Of a stretch of 44,874 nucleotides of DNA, positions 35,263 to 44,195 are shown piece after piece. Under the pieces are notes generated by a model. The model was given only the letters and a program-made list of their open reading frames with translations. It made no database searches and was not told the DNA's origin. Made by a program: the position numbers and the translations under genes. Numbering within the stretch: the stretch's first letter is position 1; the number at the start of each line of letters is the position of its first letter. Source of the DNA: a virus (Duplodnaviria; Caudoviricetes); the IMG/VR virus record IMGVR_UViG_3300020043_002687, positions 1 to 44,874 of that record; one strand, 5' to 3'.

Positions 35263-35817
35263 ATGGAAAAGCACGAAATAGCCACTGCCATTGCTACCCT
35301 TGACCTGACTGTCGAGGCTAAATTTGTCCCCTTCTCGCAATCACGGAACAAAGCCGAGAAATCCCCCTCCCTAAACTGGATTGTGCGGATTGAGCGCAAG
35401 GGCCGTGAAGTGCTGACAACTGACTACATGGCAGGGATGGGGTATTGCCCTTCCTTCAAGCGCGCTGTGCCAAAGGTTTGGGATCGCCCTGACCGCATGT
35501 GGAAACCGGAGGCATGTGCTGCGGAGTGTGAGAACGGGCACGGGCTTGCGCCTTATACCTCTTGGGGCGGGTTTCGTCATGACCGGACCAAGCCTATTGT
35601 TCCCGATGCTGTGGATGTGGTTTATTCGCTTGTGATGGACTCTAGCGTACTTGAAGTGGGCGGGTTTGAGGATTGGGCCAGTGATTTGGGGTATGACCTA
35701 GACTCGCGCGCGGCTGAGTCCACCTATCGCGCCTGTCTGGAGAATGCTTTGAAACTGCGAGGCGCGATAGGTGAATCCGGTATGGAAATGCTGCGCGAAT
35801 TGTTCGAGGATTATTGA
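35263..35817 (+). CDS. Conserved early hypothetical protein
   Basis: DVVYSLVMD......FEDWA.DLGYD.DSR.AE.TY.AC motif. Confidence 0.75.
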   Translation: MEKHEIATAIATLDLTVEAKFVPFSQSRNKAEKSPSLNWIVRIERKGREVLTTDYMAGMGYCPSFKRAVPKVWDRPDRMWKPEACAAECENGHGLAPYTSWGGFRHDRTKPIVPDAVDVVYSLVMDSSVLEVGGFEDWASDLGYDLDSRAAESTYRACLENALKLRGAIGESGMEMLRELFEDY

Positions 35818-35845
35818 CAAGTTACAACGGAATCAACATATATAA
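35814..35845 (+). promoter_or_regulatory. Promoter for the Ocr-like gene, GAATC in spacer
   Basis: TTGACA-AGTTACAACGGAATCAA-CATATA(TAA). Confidence 0.65.
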
Positions 35846-35857
35846 AGGAATAATACA

Positions 35858-36277
35858 ATGTCAAATATATCTTACTCGGGACTTATCAAGCGCGCAAAGT
35901 CCGATGCACAAGAATATATGCCAGACCTTCCCAAGACGGGAACAATCGAATCTTGGCAAGCTTTTCTTGATACTGTGGAAAGTGTCGAATCCGGCGATGT
36001 AGCCCATGAAAGTGCAGATTCTTGGGACTGGGTTATCTATCATGGGAAAGCGCTCGAGTTGTGCGCTATGCTTCCCCGTAGTGTAGTGGATGAAGCCGAG
36101 TCCATGATGCTTGCTTGCGGGGGCGTTGAAGATGCCTTTAAGAATGGTGGACTCGGTGGCATTGCCAGCCTTATTGCTTATTGGGTCGTTCTTCAGGCTG
36201 TATCGGATGAAGTAGAAACCTTGAAAGATGAACTGATTGATCTGGCGCAATCGCAAATTGACAACTTGGAGTCCTAA
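35858..36277 (+). CDS. Ocr (T7 gp0.3)-like DNA-mimic protein
   Basis: MSNISY start, D.AHE.AD..W.IY motif, 25 D/E versus 8 K/R, early position. Confidence 0.55.
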   Translation: MSNISYSGLIKRAKSDAQEYMPDLPKTGTIESWQAFLDTVESVESGDVAHESADSWDWVIYHGKALELCAMLPRSVVDEAESMMLACGGVEDAFKNGGLGGIASLIAYWVVLQAVSDEVETLKDELIDLAQSQIDNLES

Positions 36278-36280
36278 ATC

Positions 36281-36493
36281 ATGGCACTATCCTATAAACT
36301 GACTGGCAATATCCTTGAAGTAAGAGAGGAAATCATAGGTTGGAATGATACTAAGGTGACCTTCTGGTATTATGATGTAGAGCGTTGGTTAGTGTCCAAT
36401 GGGCGGCCCAATGAAGTCCCAACACGCCCTATGGAGCCGAATGCGATTGCATGGGTGCAGAAACACTATCTTCCAAAGGTCAAGGGAGTCTAA
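36281..36493 (+). CDS. Hypothetical early protein
   Basis: GGAG RBS; in the operon. Confidence 0.65.
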   Translation: MALSYKLTGNILEVREEIIGWNDTKVTFWYYDVERWLVSNGRPNEVPTRPMEPNAIAWVQKHYLPKVKGV

Positions 36494-36496
36494 GCT

Positions 36497-36682
36497 ATGA
36501 GAACAGTTTTCGGTGTAGAATATTGCCCTAACAAGGATGAGGGTGAGCAATGGCAAGAGGTAACAGAGGGGGAATTTATTGAGCTGGTTCACCTACACAA
36601 GGATAAGGGAGTTTTCCCATACGTAAAGCTAGGGGAAGGACGTGTTACTTTGGTAGATACGTATGGTATCTACTACGGATGA
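36497..36682 (+). CDS. Hypothetical early protein
   Basis: GGGAG RBS; in the operon. Confidence 0.6.
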   Translation: MRTVFGVEYCPNKDEGEQWQEVTEGEFIELVHLHKDKGVFPYVKLGEGRVTLVDTYGIYYG

Positions 36683-37006
36683 GCAGAGAGGCGATAGGAG
36701 GGCCTTTAGATAGGCTCTCTTATGCTGTAGTCACATACCCTAGGGCAGAACGTTACACTCACGTAAGACCTATCCTATCGCCTCTCTGCATGTGGTATCT
36801 TAACACCATTGAATCAATACCTTGCATAGGGAAATTGGTAAGATCATTTGACCAATACGGGGTGTGAGGGGGAGTTATAGTATAACATTAGTGTGTGCCG
36901 AATCACCGCCGTATAATCCCAAGGGTCCCACGTTAGGTACACCCACGTTCTGACCCTATTGTCAAGAACAATCGCACCCACATCACGACATTGCGTAGTT
37001 ATACGA

Positions 37007-37046
37007 TAGTTTAACACTAAACTAAATATAGTTTAATACTAAACTA
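37007..37046. repeat. Two tandem 18-bp palindromes (operator-like)
   Basis: TAGTTTA-ACAC-TAAACTA and TAGTTTA-ATAC-TAAACTA, 22-bp period. Confidence 0.75.
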
Positions 37047-37116
37047 CTTTCTTTAGGTTGTATGTGGCAGGAATGTCGCATATGGGTAAGTATTTGAAAT
37101 GAATGAGTTAAAACAG

Positions 37117-37147
37117 TTGACAAACACAAAAAAAGCAGACCTATATA
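37117..37147 (+). promoter_or_regulatory. Conserved phage promoter, copy 3 (late operon)
   Basis: TTGACA-AACACAAA-AAAAGCAGACC-TATATA. Confidence 0.8.
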
Positions 37148-37532
37148 TAAGTAGGGGGTAGGGGGTTAACTAAAGTTTCCTACTACAGGATAGAAAGAAG
37201 AAGAAAGAAAAGAAAAAACAAAGTATCTGGTTAACTACTGTAGTTCAGAACTTTAGTATGGGACTATAGTACCAACGCTTACCAGTTCTAAGATTTGTTT
37301 ATTTCTCCTTCTCTTTGTAGTTGCCCAAGCAGCTTGCTGCGATATGACCTACCCACTATCGTTTAAGACCTTTTAGGTAATAACCTTTCAACTAGGTGAA
37401 CAACTCTCAACCTTCTTGTAGCTGCACCTACCGATGTAGGGTTATTTTCTAATTGGTCTCTTTCCCCTTATCTGTAGTTAAGCACGAAGTGCGTTTTCGT
37501 ATAAAACTATAGTACCTCTCCAAGAAGAAAGA

Positions 37533-37922
37533 ATGATCAAGATGGCTTCTCCCCTTCCACATGATATGAAGATTGCTACTAAGATTCGTGCAGGCATCTG
37601 TGCTGGAGTCTCTATGAGGGTTATCTTTGATTCTGTAGTCACAATGAAGAATGCCCCAAAGTCTTACCAAACCTTCTACAAGATTTACCGGGATGATATT
37701 GCAGCCTCTAGGGCATCCATCCAAGAAGAGATTGGCTCTGTAGTTATCAATGCTGCAAAAGGTGGGGACCTCAAGGCTGCGGAACTATTTCTTCGTAGCC
37801 GTGCAGGTTGGAATCCAACTATCCGCGTGGAAGAAGTTGAGCCTGAGGATGTGTCGGAAGACACTGGTGCTATTGATGATCTGTTGGCCCTCTTGGGTAA
37901 GAAGCGCAGTGAAGACGAGTAG
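37533..37922 (+). CDS. terS: Terminase small subunit
   Basis: Helical HTH-like N-part; A..GD.KAAELFLRSRAGW; upstream of terL. Confidence 0.7.
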   Translation: MIKMASPLPHDMKIATKIRAGICAGVSMRVIFDSVVTMKNAPKSYQTFYKIYRDDIAASRASIQEEIGSVVINAAKGGDLKAAELFLRSRAGWNPTIRVEEVEPEDVSEDTGAIDDLLALLGKKRSEDE

Positions 37923-37933
37923 TTTAGAGAAGG

Positions 37934-38572
37934 TTGGCTATGGACGTTAAGCGTTGTCCTAAATGCAAAGAGACAAAAGCTAAAACTGATTTTCGGAAAA
38001 ACCGTAGTTCCTACGATGGTCTTGATAACTATTGCAAGCCTTGTCGGAAGTCCATTACAAACCCAGACTACCACAAAAAGTATCGCCAAGAGAATAAAGA
38101 ACAGTCTGATCTTAAGAAGCGTGAATGGGCTGAACGAAACAAAGAACACGTTCAAGTGCAAAGAAAACAACACTACGAAGAAAAGCGAGAAGACCTTCTC
38201 TCTGAGAAGAAAGACTACTACAAGAAAAATCGTGAGAAGATTCTTGAGTATAAGTCTGCTTATCAGAAAACACACCGACACAAGAAAAATGCGATTGAAG
38301 CCAAACGTCGCACATCGAAGTTACAACGAACACCTTCTTGGTTGACACAAGACCAACTAGACACAATTGAGTATTTCTATTGGCTGTCTCGTGACTTGTA
38401 TCTGTCCACAGGAGAAAAATATAACGTAGATCACATTGTGCCTTTGCAAGGTAAAAATGTCTGCGGACTTCATGTGCCGTGGAACTTGCAAGTCCTTCCT
38501 AGCGACTTGAATATCGCAAAGGGAAATAAATACAATGACTGGCAAGAATGGTCTACCAATCCATGCGGATGA
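37934..38572 (+). CDS. HNH endonuclease between terS and terL
   Basis: CPKC...YCKPC; RTP.WLT; VDHIVPLQGKNVCGLHVPWNLQVL...N..K.N. Confidence 0.9.
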   Translation: MAMDVKRCPKCKETKAKTDFRKNRSSYDGLDNYCKPCRKSITNPDYHKKYRQENKEQSDLKKREWAERNKEHVQVQRKQHYEEKREDLLSEKKDYYKKNREKILEYKSAYQKTHRHKKNAIEAKRRTSKLQRTPSWLTQDQLDTIEYFYWLSRDLYLSTGEKYNVDHIVPLQGKNVCGLHVPWNLQVLPSDLNIAKGNKYNDWQEWSTNPCG

Positions 38573-39923
38573 TCTAAGGACTATGGGAGAGGATGTTATT
38601 AGTGTCCTCTCTCAAATGGATCCAAAGAAAGCGGAAGAACTTCGTTATACGTGGCCTTTTTGGGCTAGGGAAAACCAGATAGCACCATCTGGCGACTGGA
38701 ATGTGTGGTTTATCAACGCTGGTCGGGGTTTTGGAAAGACTAGAGCTGGCGTAGAGTGGGTCCGAGAAAAGGTTAAAGGTGGCGCAAAGCGCATTGCTGT
38801 TATCGCTTCTACGAACAGCGATATCGAAAGGACAATTGTCAAGGGCGAAAGTGGCTTTCTGAATTGTTGTTGGTCGGGTGACAAAACCTATCGTGGAGTT
38901 CACCTAGGACTCCCTGAGTGGTCCCCAACTAAGCGCTCTTTGACTTGGGCCAATGGGGCGCAAGTTCTAGCGTTCTCAGCCGAAGAACCGGAACGTCTGC
39001 GGGGGCCTCAGTTCGAATGCGCTTGGGCCGATGAATTGGCGGCTTGGAACAGAGATAGGGAAACCTACGACATGCTCCAATTCTGTCTTCGTCTCGGAAA
39101 ACACCCTCAAACTTGTATTACGACCACACCAAAACCAACTAAGCTAGTTCGTGACATTCTCAAGCACCACAAAACTGTTGTGACATACGGCTCCACATTT
39201 GATAATGCTGCCAACCTAGCCACAACATACATTGCTGCTGTTAAAGACCAGTATGAGGGTACTCGCCTTGGTAGGCAGGAACTCTATGCTGAGATTATGG
39301 ATGAAGCCTCTGGTGCCTTGTGGACTAGAGAGATGCTTTCCAAGTGTGAGGTAGAGGGCGTTGAGGACCCTGTAGCCTTCGCTAAGACCCTAGCCCGTGT
39401 GGTAATCTCCATTGACCCTGCTGTTACCTCTAATGCTGAGAGTGACATGACGGGTTTGGTCGTAGCTGGCATTGACCTAAATGGCTGTAGCTACATCTTA
39501 GAAGATGCCACAGACCGTTATACCCCAGAAGGTTGGGCCACTAAGGCCATTGACCTGTATCACCTGTACGAAGCTGACAAGATTGTAGCTGAACGTAACC
39601 AAGGTGGGGATATGGTCAAGTACACCCTCCATACTGTTAATGAGACTGTGCCTGTTAAACTTGTCCATGCTTCTCGGGGTAAGTTTGCTAGGGCTGAACC
39701 AGTTTCTGCATTGTATGAGCGTGGCAAGGTTAAACACCTTAAGGGTCTTGACGCTTTGGAAGATCAGCTTGTGCAGTGGGAACCTTTGGGTTCTATTGGT
39801 TCCCCAGACAGACTTGATGCCATGGTGTGGGCCGTAACTGAGCTTGCACTTAAAGGTATTGCTAAACCAGAACTTCGATTGGCCTATTCAGATGCGAAAG
39901 GCTTGTTAACAACAAGAGGGTAG
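38535..39923 (+). CDS. terL: Terminase large subunit
   Basis: AGRGFGKT, LRGPQF..AW.DE, TTTP, IDPA, SPDRLDA. Confidence 0.95.
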   Translation: MTGKNGLPIHADDLRTMGEDVISVLSQMDPKKAEELRYTWPFWARENQIAPSGDWNVWFINAGRGFGKTRAGVEWVREKVKGGAKRIAVIASTNSDIERTIVKGESGFLNCCWSGDKTYRGVHLGLPEWSPTKRSLTWANGAQVLAFSAEEPERLRGPQFECAWADELAAWNRDRETYDMLQFCLRLGKHPQTCITTTPKPTKLVRDILKHHKTVVTYGSTFDNAANLATTYIAAVKDQYEGTRLGRQELYAEIMDEASGALWTREMLSKCEVEGVEDPVAFAKTLARVVISIDPAVTSNAESDMTGLVVAGIDLNGCSYILEDATDRYTPEGWATKAIDLYHLYEADKIVAERNQGGDMVKYTLHTVNETVPVKLVHASRGKFARAEPVSALYERGKVKHLKGLDALEDQLVQWEPLGSIGSPDRLDAMVWAVTELALKGIAKPELRLAYSDAKGLLTTRG

Positions 39924-39926
39924 ACC

Positions 39927-40253
39927 ATGGCAACTATTTATCACAAAAAAGGGGACACCCTTAGCTATTCCTGTTCTTGGAAAGATTCTTCCGGTGTAGC
40001 CATTAACCTGACTGGTTATACTCTTGCTAGCCAAGTACGAGCTACTAGCTTTGTAGACACTTTGGCAGTCACGGTAACGGATGCTGTAAATGGCTTGTTT
40101 AGCTTGTCTGCTACAGCTACGCAGACCGCAACATGGCCTGTCACTGATGGGGCACTTAGTTCACTCTTTTGTGACGTACAATTCACCCTTGGTTCTGTGG
40201 TTGTTTCTACAGACACTTTTCAGATTATTGTTGCTCAGGATATTACCCAATGA
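39927..40253 (+). CDS. BppU-like N-terminal/virion adaptor protein
   Basis: GDT......D..G.AINLTGYT..SQVR...DVQFT. Confidence 0.6.
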   Translation: MATIYHKKGDTLSYSCSWKDSSGVAINLTGYTLASQVRATSFVDTLAVTVTDAVNGLFSLSATATQTATWPVTDGALSSLFCDVQFTLGSVVVSTDTFQIIVAQDITQ

Positions 40254-41965
40254 CAGTAACCATCACTAACCAAGGTAATCCTGTAAACATTGCAGCGGAT
40301 AGCCAGACTATTTCTGTGAATGTGACTAGTTATGACACATCTGCCGCCGCAGCAGAATCTGCCGCAGATGCACTGCTTGACGCAGACAGGGCTGAGGCGG
40401 CTGCGTTGACCATCCCGCTATATCGCCAAGCCTTTACCGACCTTGCCGCAATCACCCCTGCGCAACTGGCAATTGGTTCTGACGTTGAAACCCCAATCGG
40501 GCGCTACCGTCGAGTATCAACTGGCGGTGATCTGGACTATTCCGGTACGGGTGGGGTACGGTTGACAGTTCTTCAAGGTACATCAGGATTTGATGTACGT
40601 GCTTTTGGGGCAACCGGAGACGGCACTACTGATGATACCACAGCAATTCAAGCCTGTCTGAACCGCGCAGTTGCAATTAACGGGAAGGTTATCTTCCCGC
40701 AAGCAAACTATTATGTTACCTCCCCTCTACTTGTTACTGCACCGATTAGCCTTGATGGGCAAATGTCAAACGTCTATCAGGCAACTGTCGATACTGACCT
40801 ATTCATCTTTGACGAGGGCAGTCCGGGTGCTTCAAACTTTCAGAACGGGTGGGATATTCGCAACCTACTTGTTCGCACGGCAGTTGGTAGCGTGGGTGAT
40901 GCTTTTATTTTTCGGAACATTAACGAAAGTACGTTCGAAAATCTGTTTGTTGTTGGTTGCTCCGGGGCCGCATATCGCATCGAGGGATCGCTGCTTTCAA
41001 AATGGACGCATTGCTATGTTGGGAACGGCCTAACAGCGTCTCCGGGTTTTTATCGCGCTGGTGCCAGTGGAAGCGAAAATGGCTTTCAACTTGTCACTCT
41101 GAATGGACTGGCACCGAACACGAATATCTTTGATCGTTGCAGCGCGACAAATTGCAGAACCTATGCGTTCGACATTATTGGGACAGGCAATACGATCCTC
41201 AATTTTGATGCGGAGGGCATTACGCTCCCGGCCATTGCGATGAACGTCAACGGCCTTTCAACCAACATCATCGGTGGCAACTTTGAGGGGACGGGTGGAA
41301 ACGTAGAGGTCGGCGCATCGAATTGTACCATCCAAGGTGCAAATATTTTGGGTGCACTGAATATTAAATCTGGTGTCACTGGGACAAATGTTATTGGCGG
41401 AAATGTCAAACAGTTTGCGTTTTCTGCTGGGTCTTACAATAACTCGGCGGTTGGCACGCGGATTGGCACGGGTGGCTTCCTAGTCGATAACGGGACCAAC
41501 AATCTAAAGTTGAACATCTACAACTCAGTCACTTCGGCAGAAGTTGGGATGTACCAGTCAGGGGCGTTTGCTCCAGACCTTAAATTCGGCGGGGTTTCTG
41601 GTGTCAGCGCCTATTTCCAACAAAAGGGAAGCTGGTGGCGATTTGGGGATTTGGTTCACTTCAATCTTTGGTTGCAAGTCAACACTCTCAGCGCAGCAAC
41701 TGGGGCGGCTACAATAGACCTTGGCAACATCCCGTACACCCCTGCGGGGACAGTCAATATCCCGTGTGCATGGTCTGGGAATGGCGTACCTGTAGGTACC
41801 GGATATGGCAACGTTGCCCCAATCATTGATGCCGGGACCAAAACTATCCTGCTGCAAAAATCGTTGGCTACAACGGGTGTGGTCGCAAACCTGACTAATG
41901 CAGATTTCACATCGGGTGATCAAATTCAAATATCTGGATTTTTCCCGATGACGTTGAACGCATAA
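40250..41965 (+). CDS. Tailspike-like protein with pectate-lyase-type beta-helix
   Basis: DVRAFGATGDGTTDDTTAIQA...FP...Y followed by Asn/Gly-rich beta-helix repeats. Confidence 0.8.
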   Translation: MTVTITNQGNPVNIAADSQTISVNVTSYDTSAAAAESAADALLDADRAEAAALTIPLYRQAFTDLAAITPAQLAIGSDVETPIGRYRRVSTGGDLDYSGTGGVRLTVLQGTSGFDVRAFGATGDGTTDDTTAIQACLNRAVAINGKVIFPQANYYVTSPLLVTAPISLDGQMSNVYQATVDTDLFIFDEGSPGASNFQNGWDIRNLLVRTAVGSVGDAFIFRNINESTFENLFVVGCSGAAYRIEGSLLSKWTHCYVGNGLTASPGFYRAGASGSENGFQLVTLNGLAPNTNIFDRCSATNCRTYAFDIIGTGNTILNFDAEGITLPAIAMNVNGLSTNIIGGNFEGTGGNVEVGASNCTIQGANILGALNIKSGVTGTNVIGGNVKQFAFSAGSYNNSAVGTRIGTGGFLVDNGTNNLKLNIYNSVTSAEVGMYQSGAFAPDLKFGGVSGVSAYFQQKGSWWRFGDLVHFNLWLQVNTLSAATGAATIDLGNIPYTPAGTVNIPCAWSGNGVPVGTGYGNVAPIIDAGTKTILLQKSLATTGVVANLTNADFTSGDQIQISGFFPMTLNA

Positions 41966-42067
41966 CCCTGTTAGGTCTCCTATGTGATGAAATCCACGAC
42001 TCAAACAAATGCCGTCTGTCGAAATAAAACAATAAAAACTTAACTTGCCATAAGAAAGTGAGTAACA

Positions 42068-43459
42068 ATGAGAAATCTTTCTGAGGGAAAGGCTAAGATT
42101 GAGCTTGGTGTATCGGGCCGTAATACCTACACAGGTGACATTCGTGCAGACGAGTTTCTTCAAGAGCTTCGTGGTAAGAGGGCCATCCAGAAGTATCGAG
42201 AGATGAGGGACAATAACGCTATCGTCGGTTCTATCATGTACGCGGTTGAACAAACCCTACGTGACGTTAAGATTACAGTTAAACCTTCCAATGATAGCGC
42301 TGTCGCCAAGCAAGAAGCTGAGTTCCTTCAATCTGTCCTTGATGATATGGATCATTCTCTTGATGACCACATCTCTGAGTCCCTGTCTTACTTGACCTAT
42401 GGCTTCTCTTGGTTTGAGGTTGTCTACAAACGTCGTGAAGGCGACTTCCGTTCCCCAAAGAAAAACTCTAAGCATGAAGATGGTCGTATTGGCATCAAGA
42501 AGATTGCCATTCGCGCCCCTTGGACTGTAGAGAGTTTTGAAGTAGACCAAAAAACTGGTGAAATCCTTGGTATGCACCAAGAGGCTGTGTGGGGTAAGAC
42601 CCCTGCAATGATCCCAGTAGAGAAGTCAGTCTATTACCGCACTACAAGCCTAAACAATGATCCTTCCGGTAGATCGGTGCTTCGCAATGCTTATACTAGC
42701 TACCAATATCTCAACAAAATTCAAAGCTATGAAGCCATTGCTATTGAACGAGAACTACATGGTGTCCCTGTTGGCCGTATGCCTGCGGAGTATATGAGTA
42801 GTGACGCTTCTGATGACCAAGCTAACCTTCGTGGGCAGTTTGAGCGTATCCTTCGTGATCTGAAGAACAATGAGCAAGGTTATGCACTGCTTCCCTCTGA
42901 TCTTTATGTAGACTCAGATGGTAAGCCTACAAGCCAACGTCTCATGGATATTGAACTGATCACTGCAAATGGTTCTCGCTCAATTGATATTGACCCTATT
43001 GTCAAACGCTATCAACACGATATTGCTCGTAGCCTCATGGCTGAGTTTCTCATGCTTGGTTCTAGCTCTGGCTCTTACGCTCTATCTAAAACTAAGACAG
43101 ACCTTTTCCTGAGAAGCCTTGAAAGCTACATCAATACTATTGTAGATGTGCTTAATAAGCAACTTGTAGAGCGTCTGTGGCAACTAAATGGCCTGCCTTG
43201 GGATACGATGCCAAAGCTTGTAGCTGGAGATGTTGCTGCACACGATTTGGCCGCTGTATCGTCTTTGATCCGCAATATGAATAACGCAGATGTTCTTTTG
43301 TACCAGCATCCTGAGACCATTGCTGACATTATGTCCATAGCCGAAATTGAGTTTGATCGGGATAGGTATGAGCAAAACTTGCGTAAAAAAGAGGAATCCG
43401 ACCAAATGGACGTTGGACAACTTGAAGACGGAAGCGGAAAAGTACAAAACCTTAACTGA
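42068..43459 (+). CDS. Portal protein
   Basis: DEFL.ELRG.RAI.KY.EM.DN, YGFSWFEVVYK, P.GRSVLRNAY, AIEREL.GVP, GSYALS. Confidence 0.9.
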   Translation: MRNLSEGKAKIELGVSGRNTYTGDIRADEFLQELRGKRAIQKYREMRDNNAIVGSIMYAVEQTLRDVKITVKPSNDSAVAKQEAEFLQSVLDDMDHSLDDHISESLSYLTYGFSWFEVVYKRREGDFRSPKKNSKHEDGRIGIKKIAIRAPWTVESFEVDQKTGEILGMHQEAVWGKTPAMIPVEKSVYYRTTSLNNDPSGRSVLRNAYTSYQYLNKIQSYEAIAIERELHGVPVGRMPAEYMSSDASDDQANLRGQFERILRDLKNNEQGYALLPSDLYVDSDGKPTSQRLMDIELITANGSRSIDIDPIVKRYQHDIARSLMAEFLMLGSSSGSYALSKTKTDLFLRSLESYINTIVDVLNKQLVERLWQLNGLPWDTMPKLVAGDVAAHDLAAVSSLIRNMNNADVLLYQHPETIADIMSIAEIEFDRDRYEQNLRKKEESDQMDVGQLEDGSGKVQNLN

Positions 43460-44180
43460 GTTCAGGAAAAACTCCGAGTCCGCCTACAAAGCTTTCCTAG
43501 AGATGGGTGAGCCTGAATCTGTAGGGGATCACTTAGAGCGAACCAGAAAAGTTTGGACTGTTGACTCTGCAATTACAGAGGCCAGTGGTTATATTGATCG
43601 CTGGTCTTTTCAAAAAGGTTCAGGTGGTGCTTATCGCTTCTTGTGGAAGAGAAAGTTGCTTGATATTGCATTTGGTGAATCCCTTGAGACCAACTCTTGG
43701 GATGAAGCCTCTGTCAAAGAAGCAGCAAGTAAGTGCAAGCATCGCACAGACTTTAAGATAAAGTACAGTGGTGCCCACAAATGGGCCTATGATAAAGGTA
43801 TCCTTTCTGAATTGTTTGGAGAGACCTATAATACACCAGAGTGTGATAATAATGTTGTTTACATTTGGTCTGTAAAAGGATTGCCAAATGTTTACAAAGT
43901 TGGTAAGACCTCTGATCGTCTTGGCATACGTAGGATTAAGTACTCTTGTCGTAAGGGAGACCTTCAAGCTGAGCAAGTTTGGTTGTCCCATACAAAAAAT
44001 GCTAAAAGCTTAGAAAAGGCTTTGTTGTCTTTTGGTAAACCCCACATCTTCGAGTACAAATTTAGTGGGTCTACAGAGTTTAGGCAAATGACTATCAAAG
44101 AATTAGAGCAATGTTTATCTTTGTGTAGTCAGCAACAACAGATTGATGCCCAAGCCTCAGCTCAGGTGCCAACAAAATAG
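43368..44180 (+). CDS. Putative homing endonuclease: three DNA-binding-like repeats plus a C-terminal GIY-YIG/T5orf172-like domain
   Basis: WT.....EA.KY....F.K....AY repeats; VVYIW......YKVGKT...R...LEK...GSTEF; start overlaps the portal end. Confidence 0.7.
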   Translation: MSKTCVKKRNPTKWTLDNLKTEAEKYKTLTEFRKNSESAYKAFLEMGEPESVGDHLERTRKVWTVDSAITEASGYIDRWSFQKGSGGAYRFLWKRKLLDIAFGESLETNSWDEASVKEAASKCKHRTDFKIKYSGAHKWAYDKGILSELFGETYNTPECDNNVVYIWSVKGLPNVYKVGKTSDRLGIRRIKYSCRKGDLQAEQVWLSHTKNAKSLEKALLSFGKPHIFEYKFSGSTEFRQMTIKELEQCLSLCSQQQQIDAQASAQVPTK

Positions 44181-44195
44181 TATTGGAGTTGACTG

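Noticed and set aside
37011-37046. CtrA boxes (TTAA-N7-TTAA)
   Set aside because: Second half-sites read CTAA/CTAC; the TAGTTTA/TAAACTA palindrome explains the pattern better
43368-44180. Endonuclease as an intron-encoded ORF within the portal gene
   Set aside because: No P7-like GACUA/UAGUC core or non-coding flanks were seen around it
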